Source: Psychrobacter sp. DM4
Lineage (GTDB): Bacteria; Pseudomonadota; Gammaproteobacteria; Pseudomonadales; Moraxellaceae
Length of the DNA stretch: 32,000 nucleotides
Reading direction: 5' to 3'
Assembly (NCBI RefSeq): GCF_051307035.1
Contig: NZ_CP195536.1
Coordinates: forward strand, 2,190,001-2,222,000
The translations under genes were made by a program, and so were the position numbers. Positions 8,245-18,438 of the stretch are shown here, one piece after another. Position 1 is the first letter of the stretch; each line of letters begins with the position of its first letter. The notes beneath the pieces were generated by a model, which saw only the letters and a program-made list of their open reading frames with translations, made no database searches and was not told the DNA's origin.

Positions 8245-9981
8245 CTACTCTGGCAACGACTGTTTATGCATAAGCCAATACTGTATCAGAGCATTTAATT
8301 GATCCTTCTTAAAGGGTTTAGTACAGTAGTCTTGCATACCGACCATTAAGTATTTTTTGCGTTCGCCATCCATAGCATTTGCGGTAAGCGCAATGATAGG
8401 CGGTAGCGTTTGTGGATCATAAAGCTCATGCAATTTGATGGTAGCCTGCACTCCATCCATAATAGGCATATGATGATCCATCAAGATAATATCATAACGC
8501 TCAGGATAGAGCGCAAAGTGTTCAATAGCTTGTTGACCATCGGTGACATGCGTCACAATATGACCACCATCACGTAAGGCTTTTTTGGCGATGATCGCGT
8601 TGACATTATCATCCTCAACCAGCAGGATGTGACCGGTACGCTGAGCACTAGGAGTAGAGACGGTGTTATCATGAGTCAGTTGCCACTCATCGTACTGCTC
8701 TTTATCGATAGTTGGCAGAGGTAGCATAACGACAAAGGTAGATCCGACACCGACCTCGCTATCTACTTCTATATAACCGCCCATAAGATTGACTAAAGAC
8801 TTACAGACGGACAATCCCAAGCCCGTACCACCATATAAGCGATGCGTTGAGCTATCTGCTTGGTTATACGCATCAAAAATAGCACCCAAAGAGTCAGGTT
8901 TGATCCCAACCCCTGAATCGATCACCTCAATGCACAAAGTCATAGTTTCAGAATCTATCGCTTCATCATCGTTGTCATAGTCATCATCAATAGCGGCATG
9001 TTTAACATTGATAGTGACTTGCCCGCCTTCACGCGTAAACTTAATAGCATTATTCACAAGGTTCGCTAGTATTTGCTTGAGCCTAACAGGATCGCCTTGT
9101 ACATGAGGCGATAGCGCTTCTGTATAGTAGTAATTTAAAGTTAAACCGCGCTGACGCGCCTTTGCTGCAAATAGGCTCACTACCTCGTTGCACAGTGTCG
9201 ATAGGTTCATCGGGACATTGTCAATGACCATCTTGCCAGACTCAACCTTAGATAAATCTAAAATACCGTTGATAATCGCAAGTAGATGCTCAGTGGATAC
9301 CTTTACATTATTTAAATACTCTTTTTGCTCAAAGCTCAAGTTGGTCTCGCCAAGCATATCGATCATACCGATGATACCATTCATCGGTGTGCGTATCTCG
9401 TGACTCATATTCGCCAAAAAATCCGACTTCATCTTATTAGCATGTTTAGCAGTACGTTGATTTTCTCGTAACTCGAGAGCGTCTGAGGCCATCGCTGCAA
9501 ATTTCGTCAATAGCTCTTTTTGCTCATCATCGAAAATATGGTTGGGCTGGGTATCCATAAGGCACAAAGAGCCCAAACGATATACCTTGTTGTCTTCATA
9601 CAACAAGATGGGTGCACCTGCATAAAAACGCAGATGAAGACTCTCTGTAATGAGCGGATTTTGAGAAAAACGACTGTCTTTTGATAAATCTGGCACTACA
9701 AAAACATCATTAGATAACACCGTATAGTTGCAGATAGCGACCTCACGCGTGGTACTACAAGCGCCCTCCATGCCATGAGCTGATCTCAGATACTGAGTAT
9801 GCTCATCCATAAAAGTGATCGTCACAATCGGCACATCAAAAAACAATTTGACTAGTTCTGTTAAACGAGCAAAAGCAGGATCATGCTCGCTATTTAGCAG
9901 CTGATATTTATTCAATTTAGCGATGCGATCTTCTTCATCTATCGCTATTGGATAATTCAATATAGACAAGACGCTCTCCAC
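8245..9981 (-). CDS. hybrid sensor histidine kinase (GAF, HisKA, HATPase_c, REC)
   Basis: N-terminal GAF-like region. H-box MSHEIRTPMNGIIGM. N-box LANLVNNAIKFT. G-boxes DSGVGI and GGTGLGLS. C-terminal receiver ILLVEDDNVN .. DIILMDHHMPIMDG .. KP. No predicted transmembrane segment. The start codon is GTG at 9981, so the exact start is uncertain. Confidence 0.85.
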   Translation of the reverse strand: MESVLSILNYPIAIDEEDRIAKLNKYQLLNSEHDPAFARLTELVKLFFDVPIVTITFMDEHTQYLRSAHGMEGACSTTREVAICNYTVLSNDVFVVPDLSKDSRFSQNPLITESLHLRFYAGAPILLYEDNKVYRLGSLCLMDTQPNHIFDDEQKELLTKFAAMASDALELRENQRTAKHANKMKSDFLANMSHEIRTPMNGIIGMIDMLGETNLSFEQKEYLNNVKVSTEHLLAIINGILDLSKVESGKMVIDNVPMNLSTLCNEVVSLFAAKARQRGLTLNYYYTEALSPHVQGDPVRLKQILANLVNNAIKFTREGGQVTINVKHAAIDDDYDNDDEAIDSETMTLCIEVIDSGVGIKPDSLGAIFDAYNQADSSTHRLYGGTGLGLSVCKSLVNLMGGYIEVDSEVGVGSTFVVMLPLPTIDKEQYDEWQLTHDNTVSTPSAQRTGHILLVEDDNVNAIIAKKALRDGGHIVTHVTDGQQAIEHFALYPERYDIILMDHHMPIMDGVQATIKLHELYDPQTLPPIIALTANAMDGERKKYLMVGMQDYCTKPFKKDQLNALIQYWLMHKQSLPE

Positions 9982-10075
9982 GACTTAGTAATACGACCGA
10001 TATTCATATTAAGGTGACGATTAGTTTCAGCGCCCCTTATTCTCTATCTCATTACAACTTATACCAAAGGTAGCA

Positions 10076-10900
10076 TCAGATAGTAGGGGTACTGTTAGAT
10101 CTTTTATTTAATGTCTGCTTACTTAGTATATCTAGGGCTTCGCTGACCATTATCATAGCCACAACCGAGGTCATAACGACTGCTGACCCATAACCGCCGC
10201 ATTGCAGACCACCTGCTTGAGAGCTTTTGTCTACTTGCGGTGGCTCAGTGGAATAGACACATTTAATACCGAACTTCTCTTTTAGGTCTTTATTGATGCA
10301 CTTTTCGTGCCGTAATTTATGACGCAACCTTGCTAGTAATGGGTCTTGGTAAGTATCGCGCAAATCACTTACTGTGATCTGACGTGGATCAGTCTTGCCG
10401 CCCGCGCCGCCTGCACAAATGAGCTTGAGCTTATTAAAGCGACAATGCAAAGCAATAGCAAGCTTGGCGCTCATATCATCGACGCAATCTAAGATAACAA
10501 TAGGACGACCTTGTTTGGCAGCTAGCTTTGCCTCTGCGCGGCTAGGCAACAAGGTCTCTACATTATCAGTGCTCAAAAAATCATCAATCAGATGCAAGGT
10601 TACTTTTGGATTAATCTCACGGATACGCTGACCCATAACCTCAATCTTACCCTGACCAAAAGTGCTGTCTAAAGCGGGCAATTGACGATTGACATTGGAG
10701 GCAACGAGTACGTCCAAATCAACCAAGGTTAGAGTGCCAACTGCGGTACGCGCTAATGCTTCAGCAGCCCATGACCCTACCCCGCCTACACCGATGATAT
10801 AAACGTGCGCCGCCGAAAAGGTATCGGTGGCTACGGATCCATAAAGTGTCTTTGTACCCTTAAATCGGCGTTCGTATTGGCTATCTGATACTTGACTCAT
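10076..10900 (-). CDS. tcdA: tRNA cyclic t6A dehydratase TcdA (ThiF/E1-like)
   Basis: RFKGTKTLYG .. YIIGVGGVGSWAAEALARTAVGTLTLVDLD .. NVNRQ closely follows the E. coli TcdA/CsdL pattern. The ATG at 10900 is preferred over the TTG at 10909 used by the ORF track. Confidence 0.85.
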   Translation of the reverse strand: MSQVSDSQYERRFKGTKTLYGSVATDTFSAAHVYIIGVGGVGSWAAEALARTAVGTLTLVDLDVLVASNVNRQLPALDSTFGQGKIEVMGQRIREINPKVTLHLIDDFLSTDNVETLLPSRAEAKLAAKQGRPIVILDCVDDMSAKLAIALHCRFNKLKLICAGGAGGKTDPRQITVSDLRDTYQDPLLARLRHKLRHEKCINKDLKEKFGIKCVYSTEPPQVDKSSQAGGLQCGGYGSAVVMTSVVAMIMVSEALDILSKQTLNKRSNSTPTI

Positions 10901-10905
10901 AATAC

Positions 10906-11973
10906 TCAATAGTTCTCGTTAGCTAGGTTGGATAATGGATATGCCCATGTTGTTCGTAGCGCCGCACAGCTGTTTTGCCACAACTGCCGCGCAAGGATTG
11001 TCACCTCTACGTTAAGTAGCTCACTTAAACTCGTCAATACCCAAGGCAAGTTCGCAGGTACGTTTCTGTTGTGATCTGAGATATCATGCCACTCATCATC
11101 TGGACTTTGACCTGATGTCGGCAAATCTGCCTGCTGTTGACACATAATGGGCATCATATCTGGGCAATCCGTCTCTATCACTAGGCAGCTAGTACCATAC
11201 TTTTCAACAGCGGCTACAATGGCGCGGCGTAGTTTTTTTGCGTTGGGGTTACTCACTTGACCTGTAACGCCAAGCTTGAAACCTAGTTTAACAAAAGCCT
11301 TGGCTTCTTGTACGCCACCACTAAAACTATGGGCGATACCTCCAAGGGTATGTGCGTCGTACTCATGAGCCTTCAATATAGCTAAAACGTCAGCGTGTGC
11401 CTTTCGGATATGGAGCATCACAGGAAGCTGATGAGTCACCGCCATATCCAGTTGCGCCTCAAAAAACCTCACTTGTTTGGCGAGCATATCAGGCGTTTTC
11501 ATCTCGTCAGTATAGGTATCGAGTCCTATCTCACCGATCGCAAGCGGACGCTGATTGGTGAGACGTTTTGCCATAGCTTCTAGATGCGCCTCTGTATGCT
11601 GAGCAATATAAAAAGGGTGTAAGCCAAGTGCGATATGCACCTGCGGTAATGATACTTCAGCGGCTAATAACGCTCGTTGTTCTATGTCCGTCTGCATATT
11701 CAGGGGTGTCAGTGTTTGCTGACAGGCGTATAAGCGCTCAAAGTAGCGCTGTAAATAACCGACTAATACTAAATGATGAACGCCGCTCTGATAAGCTCTT
11801 TGTGTTTGCACGAGTCTATCATGATCAAAGGTTGGCGCATCAAAATGGGTATGCGTGTCTATCATTGGAAAGTGAGACGTTGCGTTAATAGGTATTGAAT
11901 CGGTAGAAACACGATGTTGAACACAATCGCTATTTGCTGATATCAGGCTAGTGCCAGGCATAGACGCTTCCAT
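10906..11973 (-). CDS. TatD-family metal-dependent hydrolase
   Basis: MIDTHTHFD metal-binding motif, EIGLD, and HxR..H and D motifs typical of TatD/YjjV. At 355 aa the ORF is longer than usual. The alternative start at 11865 (MIDTHTHFD) would remove a 36-aa N-terminal extension. There is also an insertion of about 30 aa near the C-terminus. Confidence 0.8.
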   Translation of the reverse strand: MEASMPGTSLISANSDCVQHRVSTDSIPINATSHFPMIDTHTHFDAPTFDHDRLVQTQRAYQSGVHHLVLVGYLQRYFERLYACQQTLTPLNMQTDIEQRALLAAEVSLPQVHIALGLHPFYIAQHTEAHLEAMAKRLTNQRPLAIGEIGLDTYTDEMKTPDMLAKQVRFFEAQLDMAVTHQLPVMLHIRKAHADVLAILKAHEYDAHTLGGIAHSFSGGVQEAKAFVKLGFKLGVTGQVSNPNAKKLRRAIVAAVEKYGTSCLVIETDCPDMMPIMCQQQADLPTSGQSPDDEWHDISDHNRNVPANLPWVLTSLSELLNVEVTILARQLWQNSCAALRTTWAYPLSNLANENY

Positions 11974-11990
11974 ATTGATATATTGAGTTA

Positions 11991-12956
11991 TTAAGATGGG
12001 TTGATAGCGCGAACTATATAACTGGGCTTGATCAGTCCTTGCAACAAGGCATAAGGCACCAGTAAATCCACAGCACCAGTACTATTTTTTGAAGGATTAC
12101 TGGCCTTTATTAGCGTATCAGCTTGATAGACCATATGTAATCCCGCCTCATCAAGATACCATTGCTCTGAGAGCTGTAGTGGCCACTCATCGAGATATTG
12201 CTTTTTTACCCCTTGCAAGATTAACCAGTCTTTTTTGGCTGTTTGAAAAGTAGCCAACAACTTGTCTCGGTCTACCTCTGGCAGTAAAATGTCTTCAATA
12301 GTAAGTTGTAGCTTTTTTTGCATATCGAGCATGACATAATTGAACTGCTCGTTGCTATCGTATTTTGACACGCTAGAGCGAACAAATAGATAACCTGTAG
12401 CGATATTGTCTTGACTAGAGACAGGATTAAATATCATCTCGGTATCAATACGCTGATACATGGGCAGCGTACTCACAGCACTCTCACCATATTCAATCTG
12501 ATTGAGTAGCATAAGGATGATTTTTTTAGCCGCTTCATCTTCGCTGGTTAAGGGCATCTCTGGCGCCAGTACATGAGCGATTGTTTGCCACATAATACTC
12601 GTAAGCCAAGGCTGTTTGGGAGAAAAATCCACAATATTTAGCTCAAAATACTGACAGGATTTTTCCGAACAATTTGGCTGACGAGCAACGGCCTGCTGTT
12701 TGATAATCCGAATATTCGTAGCCGTCGAACTGCTACTATTAATAGGTTCAACCGTATCGACTATTGCGGTATCCACGTCTGATTTCGTACTGATATTTGT
12801 ATCAAACTCTTTGGCAGACTCAACTTCGGCTTGCTGCTCAAACATAGACTTTGGCTGCGGTTTACAGCCTAGTAATACCGCTAAGATTAGGACAATCATT
12901 ATCCAAATCAGTACAGAAAACCATCTGTGCACGCGAGTATTATGCTGGGCATTCAT
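11991..12956 (-). CDS. putative lipoprotein (C-terminal region resembles the DUF3298 type)
   Basis: Signal peptide plus lipobox (VLLGC). The C-terminal GLHMVYQ..GAVDLLVPYALLQGLIKP resembles the DUF3298 ending. The family assignment is from memory only. Confidence 0.55.
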   Translation of the reverse strand: MNAQHNTRVHRWFSVLIWIMIVLILAVLLGCKPQPKSMFEQQAEVESAKEFDTNISTKSDVDTAIVDTVEPINSSSSTATNIRIIKQQAVARQPNCSEKSCQYFELNIVDFSPKQPWLTSIMWQTIAHVLAPEMPLTSEDEAAKKIILMLLNQIEYGESAVSTLPMYQRIDTEMIFNPVSSQDNIATGYLFVRSSVSKYDSNEQFNYVMLDMQKKLQLTIEDILLPEVDRDKLLATFQTAKKDWLILQGVKKQYLDEWPLQLSEQWYLDEAGLHMVYQADTLIKASNPSKNSTGAVDLLVPYALLQGLIKPSYIVRAINPS

Positions 12957-13095
12957 AGAAGTGACTACTAAAGTAAAGGAATTAAAATATTAGCACAGCA
13001 GATGAGGCAGAGGTAGGTTGAATATTACTCTTGTATGTCAAATACTGTGTGACCCTTGTGTATGAAGTTGAGACAAACTCTATGACTAAAACCCT

Positions 13096-13257
13096 CTACT
13101 TGTCTGTTTTGGAGTGGTCTAAGTTATGCTCATCTTCTTTATGAGTAGTTGGCTTTTTTGGCTCACTACTGGTGGCGGATTGGCGGCTACTACGTCTAGG
13201 AATGAGTAACAAAGCGGCACCAACCGCGCTCAAAGCTACCCACTTTTTTATAGTCAT
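13096..13257 (-). CDS. possible small membrane-anchored protein (53 aa), not in the supplied ORF track
   Basis: ATG preceded by GGGAG with 6-nt spacing, 38 nt downstream of the gspD stop. It translates as MTIKKWVALSAVGAALLLIPRRSSRQSATSSEPKKPTTHKEDEHNLDHSKTDK: one hydrophobic helix, then a charged tail. Confidence 0.3.
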   Translation of the reverse strand: MTIKKWVALSAVGAALLLIPRRSSRQSATSSEPKKPTTHKEDEHNLDHSKTDK

Positions 13258-13295
13258 ATCGTACTCCCGCATTTAACAGATTAATAAAGCAAGTA

Positions 13296-15551
13296 TTAGC
13301 GGTTCAAGGGATACGTCGTCACGCCGCTACCGCTCGCACTTGGGCTATCAACTCGCGTAAAACCTGAAGGTGACGATCTTGGCGTTTGGTCACGCTTTGG
13401 TATCAGAGGGTTTAGGTTCATAAGCTCATAATCTGCGCTGACGTCGCCATTCCAGCCTTCTGTACCGCTAAGGGGTAACTGTTTGATCGTGCCATTCTTG
13501 TCGATGACCAACTGTAGTACGCGCATCTGATTGTATTTGCGCTCTGTTACGCTCGCCACTGCCCCGCCATCACGTAAGATAGTCGGCTGTAAAAAGATAA
13601 TCAAATTGCTTTTTTGAGCACTATCACTATCTGAGCGAAATAGTCGCCCAATAAAAGGCACATTACCCAAGCCTGGCACTTTTTGCTGGCGGGTCGTTGT
13701 GTTGTCACGCATTAGGCCACCTAAAGCGATTGTCTGCTGATCGTCAGCCAAAATCGTCGTATTGATGAGGCTTTTATTGGTGATAATGCCATTAGCATTG
13801 CCAACGCTACCGGGTACTACCGAGGATACTTCTTGCGAGACCTCTAATCGCACCGTACCATTATCACCGATGTGCGGGATCACATTGAGATTGATACCGA
13901 TATCTTGACGCTCAATAGTCTGAAAAGGGTTGGTTGATGAGTTGCCACTAGTCGTAAATGATCCTGTCACAAAAGGCACATTCTGACCAACTAAGATACT
14001 GGCCTTTTCATTATCTAAAGTCAAAATAGAGGGCATAGAGAGTAGATTGGCGCTGGTAGAGGAGTCTAATGCTTGCAAAATAGCGCCATAAAACTCTGTA
14101 TTACCATTGCTGTCTTTGCGGCTATCGCCAATACCAACCAAAGCGCCAACGATTGAGTTGGCAGCAGCACTAATACCTGCAGCTCCTGCTGCGCCGCCGC
14201 CTGATAGAGCTGCGGCCGCAAGGGAGGCGGCACTCGCGCCTACATTATTGAAGTTAACGACGCCATAACCACTATTGGCGTTACCTAATGCCCATTGAAC
14301 CCCAAGCTGAGTGGCATCATCACCTGATACCTCAACGATAGCGGCCTGAATGAGCACCTGCGCGCGGCGATTATCGAGCTGATTGACGGCCTCTTCAATC
14401 TCAAACATGAGCTCAGGCGCTGCATTGACGATGACCGAGTTTTGCGTTTCATCGGCGATAATACTAAAAGGTCTGCCGCTTGCATTAGCAGAACTGTTCG
14501 CTGCAATAGGCGCAGCCCCATTGTTATTCAGCGCTTCTGTGGCATCGCTATTAAGGGTGACGCCCGCTGTGCTTGCACCTGCAAGTGATGCTGGTTCCAG
14601 AGTTGAGACGGCTCCAGCGCTATTGATAGATTGATTGGCCAATAACCCACGTAGCATGTCAGCGATATGATTTGCGCTGGCATATTTCAGACGGAACACG
14701 CGCAAGCCACTAAGTCTACGAGAAGGCGTCGTGTCTAGCTGATTGACCATCTCTTGTACTTTGGCAATCATCTCAGGACTGCCCTTGACGAGTAGCCTAT
14801 CACTTGCCGAGTCTGCAATGACCTTTAACTGACTACTTCCTGGCGTAGCAGCGCCAGCACTGGTGACCAAACTGCTAATGAGATCCATCATACGTTCAGC
14901 GTCTACGTGACGCAGAGGAATGACCTGTAAGCTCTCATTGACATTGCTATCTAAATCACGGATGAGTGCTGTCAACTGGTTCAGACTATCAGCGCGATCA
15001 GATAGCACCAGCGCATTGACACCAGGAACGGCAGCAGCATGCGCCGATTGCGGCATCAAAGGACGAATCACGCCCAGCACTTCAGCCGCTTGCGTATTTG
15101 TCAGATAAATCACTCGCGTGGCCAAGGCTTCACCTACGCTAGTACCGCGTAGATCGACTTCAACACCAGATTGTTTGGCGACATTATCTGGTACCAGTTT
15201 GGTCGTCGTCCCTGAGTCGATAGCAGCGATGCCATTGACTTGCATTACACTCAAAAACAACTGATAGATCTCATCACGTGACAACGCTCGGTTTGAGATC
15301 ACCGTCACGTTGCCATTGATACGTGGATCAAGCACAAAATTTTGATTGGTAATGGTCGCCACTTCATTAATAAAGGCTTTGATATCTGCATCTTGTAGAT
15401 TGACCTTCCAGCTCTCGCTATGAGCAAGCCCCATGCTCGCCGCCCACAATGGCAGCGCTAAACATAGCGGACGACAATAGCCCAACAAGCGTTGCAATGA
15501 GAGGCGCAAGGGCGTAACTGAAAATTTATGCAAACTTACCATGATAATCAA
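13296..15551 (-). CDS. gspD: type II secretion system secretin GspD
   Basis: 751 aa. N0-N3 domains (NLQDADIKAFINEVA ..). Secretin core (VPFVTGS .. IERQDIGI .. KVPGLGNVPFIGRLFR .. NLIIFLQPTIL). The exact start (15551 or 15542) is uncertain. Confidence 0.93.
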   Translation of the reverse strand: MIIMVSLHKFSVTPLRLSLQRLLGYCRPLCLALPLWAASMGLAHSESWKVNLQDADIKAFINEVATITNQNFVLDPRINGNVTVISNRALSRDEIYQLFLSVMQVNGIAAIDSGTTTKLVPDNVAKQSGVEVDLRGTSVGEALATRVIYLTNTQAAEVLGVIRPLMPQSAHAAAVPGVNALVLSDRADSLNQLTALIRDLDSNVNESLQVIPLRHVDAERMMDLISSLVTSAGAATPGSSQLKVIADSASDRLLVKGSPEMIAKVQEMVNQLDTTPSRRLSGLRVFRLKYASANHIADMLRGLLANQSINSAGAVSTLEPASLAGASTAGVTLNSDATEALNNNGAAPIAANSSANASGRPFSIIADETQNSVIVNAAPELMFEIEEAVNQLDNRRAQVLIQAAIVEVSGDDATQLGVQWALGNANSGYGVVNFNNVGASAASLAAAALSGGGAAGAAGISAAANSIVGALVGIGDSRKDSNGNTEFYGAILQALDSSTSANLLSMPSILTLDNEKASILVGQNVPFVTGSFTTSGNSSTNPFQTIERQDIGINLNVIPHIGDNGTVRLEVSQEVSSVVPGSVGNANGIITNKSLINTTILADDQQTIALGGLMRDNTTTRQQKVPGLGNVPFIGRLFRSDSDSAQKSNLIIFLQPTILRDGGAVASVTERKYNQMRVLQLVIDKNGTIKQLPLSGTEGWNGDVSADYELMNLNPLIPKRDQTPRSSPSGFTRVDSPSASGSGVTTYPLNR

Positions 15552-15764
15552 TACCTACTGTGGTGGTGCTCAGTATAAGCTAAAACGCGACTGAAATAAG
15601 GGGAATAAAAGCGACTCATTTTACGGTTTACATTGACAGCTTTAAACTACGGATAAAAGACTGCTTAAATCTATTGATCTCAAGCTACTATTTAAGATCA
15701 CTATTCAAAGCTACTATATAGAATTATCTGTAAAAAAGTTGCCTATTAAAATTAGAGCTACCTG

Positions 15765-16670
15765 CTAAAACTGCTGACGAATCGTAATAACTTGATCGCC
15801 GCGCTGTACTTCTATTTGTGCTTCGCCCGATTTTTGTACTTGTTGTAATAGGCTTGAGTCTTGAGCTGGGTTGTTACCGACGCCTTGACCATTGACGCTT
15901 AGAACCTTGTCGCCAGGCTCTAGCCCTAAGCGATTGCGCAAGCTCGATGGCATGGCAGCTGTAACTTGATAACCCTCACCTGAAGCCATGACACCCATAC
16001 GACTCAGATAGCTGGCAGGATTATCTTGCAAAGCGGTCACCGCTTCATTAATAGCGGACTGTGGATTCTCATCAGCGCTATCAGTAGCCGCAGGTGGATT
16101 TAGACTGTCCTCTATGGGTGCAATAGCTTGTGGGAGCGCTATAGTATCCTCTGCTGGCAAACGCTGATTGCTCATACCATTAGCGATCACATCACTTTGA
16201 TCAAGCGTTAAGCGGTCGGGCATTCTAATAACGGTTTGCTGATCACTACTGTCTGAGATGATAATAGCATCCCAATCGACTGCGATTAGGGTGTAGCCGC
16301 TGTCTTTTAGCGCGTCGCCGATACGATAGTTTTTGACCTCACCATTGACATCGAGGAGCGCTGAGGACAAGCTATCAGGTATAGCGAGTAGCACACCCTT
16401 GAGACCTATGTTAGGCGGCGGCAATATGGCAGCGGCAATAGGCGCAGGATCTGCAAAAATAGCAAATAGGCTACTGTCGCCTGCCTCTATTGAGGTGTTG
16501 TTTTGCAAAGGTACTAACGGCAAGGCGGGTACTGTGGGTGCTGCCAGTAATAACCATAGCAAACGTGCTACCGTCCAACTGAGCCAAATAATCGCTAATA
16601 ATAACAGCCATCCTGAAAAACGATTCAAAACATCTACGGCAGGTTTGAGACGATCGCGCGCAGGTATCAT
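15765..16670 (-). CDS. gspC: type II secretion system protein GspC (PDZ-containing)
   Basis: N-terminal transmembrane helix, central HR-like region and a C-terminal PDZ-like segment (GLEPGDKVLSVNGQ). Located between gspN and gspD. Confidence 0.8.
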   Translation of the reverse strand: MIPARDRLKPAVDVLNRFSGWLLLLAIIWLSWTVARLLWLLLAAPTVPALPLVPLQNNTSIEAGDSSLFAIFADPAPIAAAILPPPNIGLKGVLLAIPDSLSSALLDVNGEVKNYRIGDALKDSGYTLIAVDWDAIIISDSSDQQTVIRMPDRLTLDQSDVIANGMSNQRLPAEDTIALPQAIAPIEDSLNPPAATDSADENPQSAINEAVTALQDNPASYLSRMGVMASGEGYQVTAAMPSSLRNRLGLEPGDKVLSVNGQGVGNNPAQDSSLLQQVQKSGEAQIEVQRGDQVITIRQQF

Positions 16671-17483
16671 CTAGGGTGTCCCTGCGCTTGATAAGCCTGT
16701 CAACAACGGCTGACGCACGCTGACCACTGAGGTATCTTGAGGCGCTTGACCTTGATACTCTGGCATATTCTCAAGCAAGCGCTGGGTCAAGCTGACATCG
16801 ACCATATTATCACCATCAATATATAAGTCTCCCAAACGCTTGTCTTGATTGTTTAGTAGATTGATATGCAGCATATTTTTGTCACTTTTTTGCTCTTGGC
16901 TCAGCTCAGCGCGCATCGCAGGCATCGTGATATAGAACACTTTGCTACCACTAGGATAACCGACCTCGCCGCCCACCCAAGTGAGTTGTCCATCCGCTTC
17001 GCTAAATCCCGCTGCCTGTGCGTCTGAACCCGTTCGGCGTTGCAAAGAGACATTATTTACCTGTATAGGGGTATTGGGCAGTTGCCAATCGACCACGCTA
17101 GTTAGGGTCTCAGGTGCTATTTTTCCACTCATATCATCCACTTGCCACGCACTACGACCCAGTTTGACTTGCCCCTCTAGGCGCGTCTGACCCGTGTTGA
17201 TCTCGACATCAGCGCCAATTCTGCCCAAGAATAGCTGCCATGGTTGCCAAACCCAAGTGGCCGTACCTGTCAGTGGCGCGTCAGGTGCTGGCATCTGCCA
17301 AATAGCTGAGCCTTGCCATAAGTTACCTGAAACGTGCTGTACATAATTATTATTTGGCGCATATTTTTGAATGACCCACGCCGCAGGCATCTGAAGCACC
17401 GCAAATAATGCAAACAAAATCAAGCCGATGAGCCACCAAAGCTTACGCGGACGTTTATGAGACGAGGTTGACGACTGTGACAC
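16671..17483 (-). CDS. gspN: type II secretion system protein GspN
   Basis: 270 aa with a single N-terminal transmembrane helix (LWWLIGLILFALFAVLQMPAAW) and a GNLWQGSA motif typical of GspN. It abuts the gspC start. Confidence 0.7.
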   Translation of the reverse strand: MSQSSTSSHKRPRKLWWLIGLILFALFAVLQMPAAWVIQKYAPNNNYVQHVSGNLWQGSAIWQMPAPDAPLTGTATWVWQPWQLFLGRIGADVEINTGQTRLEGQVKLGRSAWQVDDMSGKIAPETLTSVVDWQLPNTPIQVNNVSLQRRTGSDAQAAGFSEADGQLTWVGGEVGYPSGSKVFYITMPAMRAELSQEQKSDKNMLHINLLNNQDKRLGDLYIDGDNMVDVSLTQRLLENMPEYQGQAPQDTSVVSVRQPLLTGLSSAGTP

Positions 17484-17550
17484 TATTAAATGACTCTTAT
17501 AATAAACAAAAACGTCATTATCATAGCAAACAATGCCCTATAGATGACAG

Positions 17551-17610
17551 AAAAAAAGCCAGTATCTTTTGACCGAGCAATGGTCATAAAAATACTGGCT
17601 TTTGTTTTTT
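17551..17610 (-). terminator. rho-independent terminator downstream of the H-NS-like gene (the hairpin could also act on the plus strand)
   Basis: Outer stem AAAGCCAGTAT / ATACTGGCTTT (11 bp). Inner pairing TTTTGACC / GGTCA(T)AAAA. A/T runs flank both sides. Confidence 0.6.
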
Positions 17611-17696
17611 GACTTAAGAGACAATATTACTCGTAGCTAATAAGCGATTGTTTGATGAGTCATAGGACTTTTGTCAATATAAGTTAAGCGTAAAAA

Positions 17697-18020
17697 TTAT
17701 ATAGCAAAACTCTCAAGACTTTGACCATCAGCTAATGCTTCGACAAGCCATGTTGGCTTACGACCGCGACCTGTCCAAGTCTCGTCTTCGTTATTGGTAT
17801 TGCGATATTTGACATTGCGTTTTTTGGTTAGCTTCTCACCCGCTTCTAATATCTCATCAATAGTGCTGTGACTCTCTTCAGCGATTTTTTCAAACTGCGT
17901 ATAAGCATCATACAAACGCTGATGCTGCTTTTTGGCGATGAGTTGCTGAGCATTCTCAGTAATAGCGCGTAGCTCGTCAACGTCTAGATTGTCTAAATCA
18001 ATAGCATTATTCTTACTCAT
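17697..18020 (-). CDS. H-NS family nucleoid-associated protein
   Basis: The C-terminal TWTGRGRKPTWLVEAL matches the H-NS DNA-binding signature (TWxGRGRxPxW). The N-terminal half looks like a coiled coil. The start at 18020 (MSKNNA, preceded by GAGG) is preferred over the longer ORF-track start at 18074. Confidence 0.85.
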   Translation of the reverse strand: MSKNNAIDLDNLDVDELRAITENAQQLIAKKQHQRLYDAYTQFEKIAEESHSTIDEILEAGEKLTKKRNVKYRNTNNEDETWTGRGRKPTWLVEALADGQSLESFAI

Positions 18021-18107
18021 AGTGACCTCGTTCTGAACCGTGATAGACTTGATAATTGGTATCGACATTATCAAGTCAAAAATAAAAGAGTAATAATACT
18101 GAACTTA

Positions 18108-18383
18108 TTCTTAGTATTTTATAGCAGATAATATAAAGCTCTAAGAAAATATCAAACATACCTTTTAAGACTAATGGATAGCGGCTTAGTATTATTGCTG
18201 AGCACATTAGCATAATTTTTATTATTGATAAGTAATAAAATATTAATAATGAAGTTTTTATTTTTAAAGAATTTTTAACTACGCAACGCCTCTTTAGGTT
18301 ATTTTATTTTAAATAAACAGAAGTTTGTAAAATTGTTTATCATTTAAAGTTAAAAAAAGAATGCTTCTTAGTATTTTTTATAG
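18108..18383. repeat. direct repeats TTCTTAGTATTTT(TT)ATAG bracketing an extremely AT-rich tract upstream of the H-NS-like gene
   Basis: Copy 1 is at 18108-18124 and copy 2 at 18365-18383. They are identical except for two extra T in copy 2. A partial third copy (CTTAGTATT) lies near 18186. Confidence 0.6.
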
Positions 18384-18438
18384 TTAAACAAGGTAGGTTT
18401 TGATTACCCTATAGTGAGCGCAATGAGTCATTAAATAT

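Noticed and set aside
10906-11973. The TatD homologue is about 90 aa longer than typical family members
   Set aside because: The N-terminal excess probably reflects an over-extended start call, since MIDTHTHFD begins at 11865. The remaining C-terminal insertion is a loop-sized acidic segment and is unremarkable without comparative data.
13296-17483. The T2SS cluster contains only gspN, gspC and gspD, which could be read as a decayed system
   Set aside because: Dispersal of T2SS genes into several loci, with gspN/C/D separate from gspE-M, is usual in Acinetobacter/Psychrobacter-type genomes. All three ORFs are intact.
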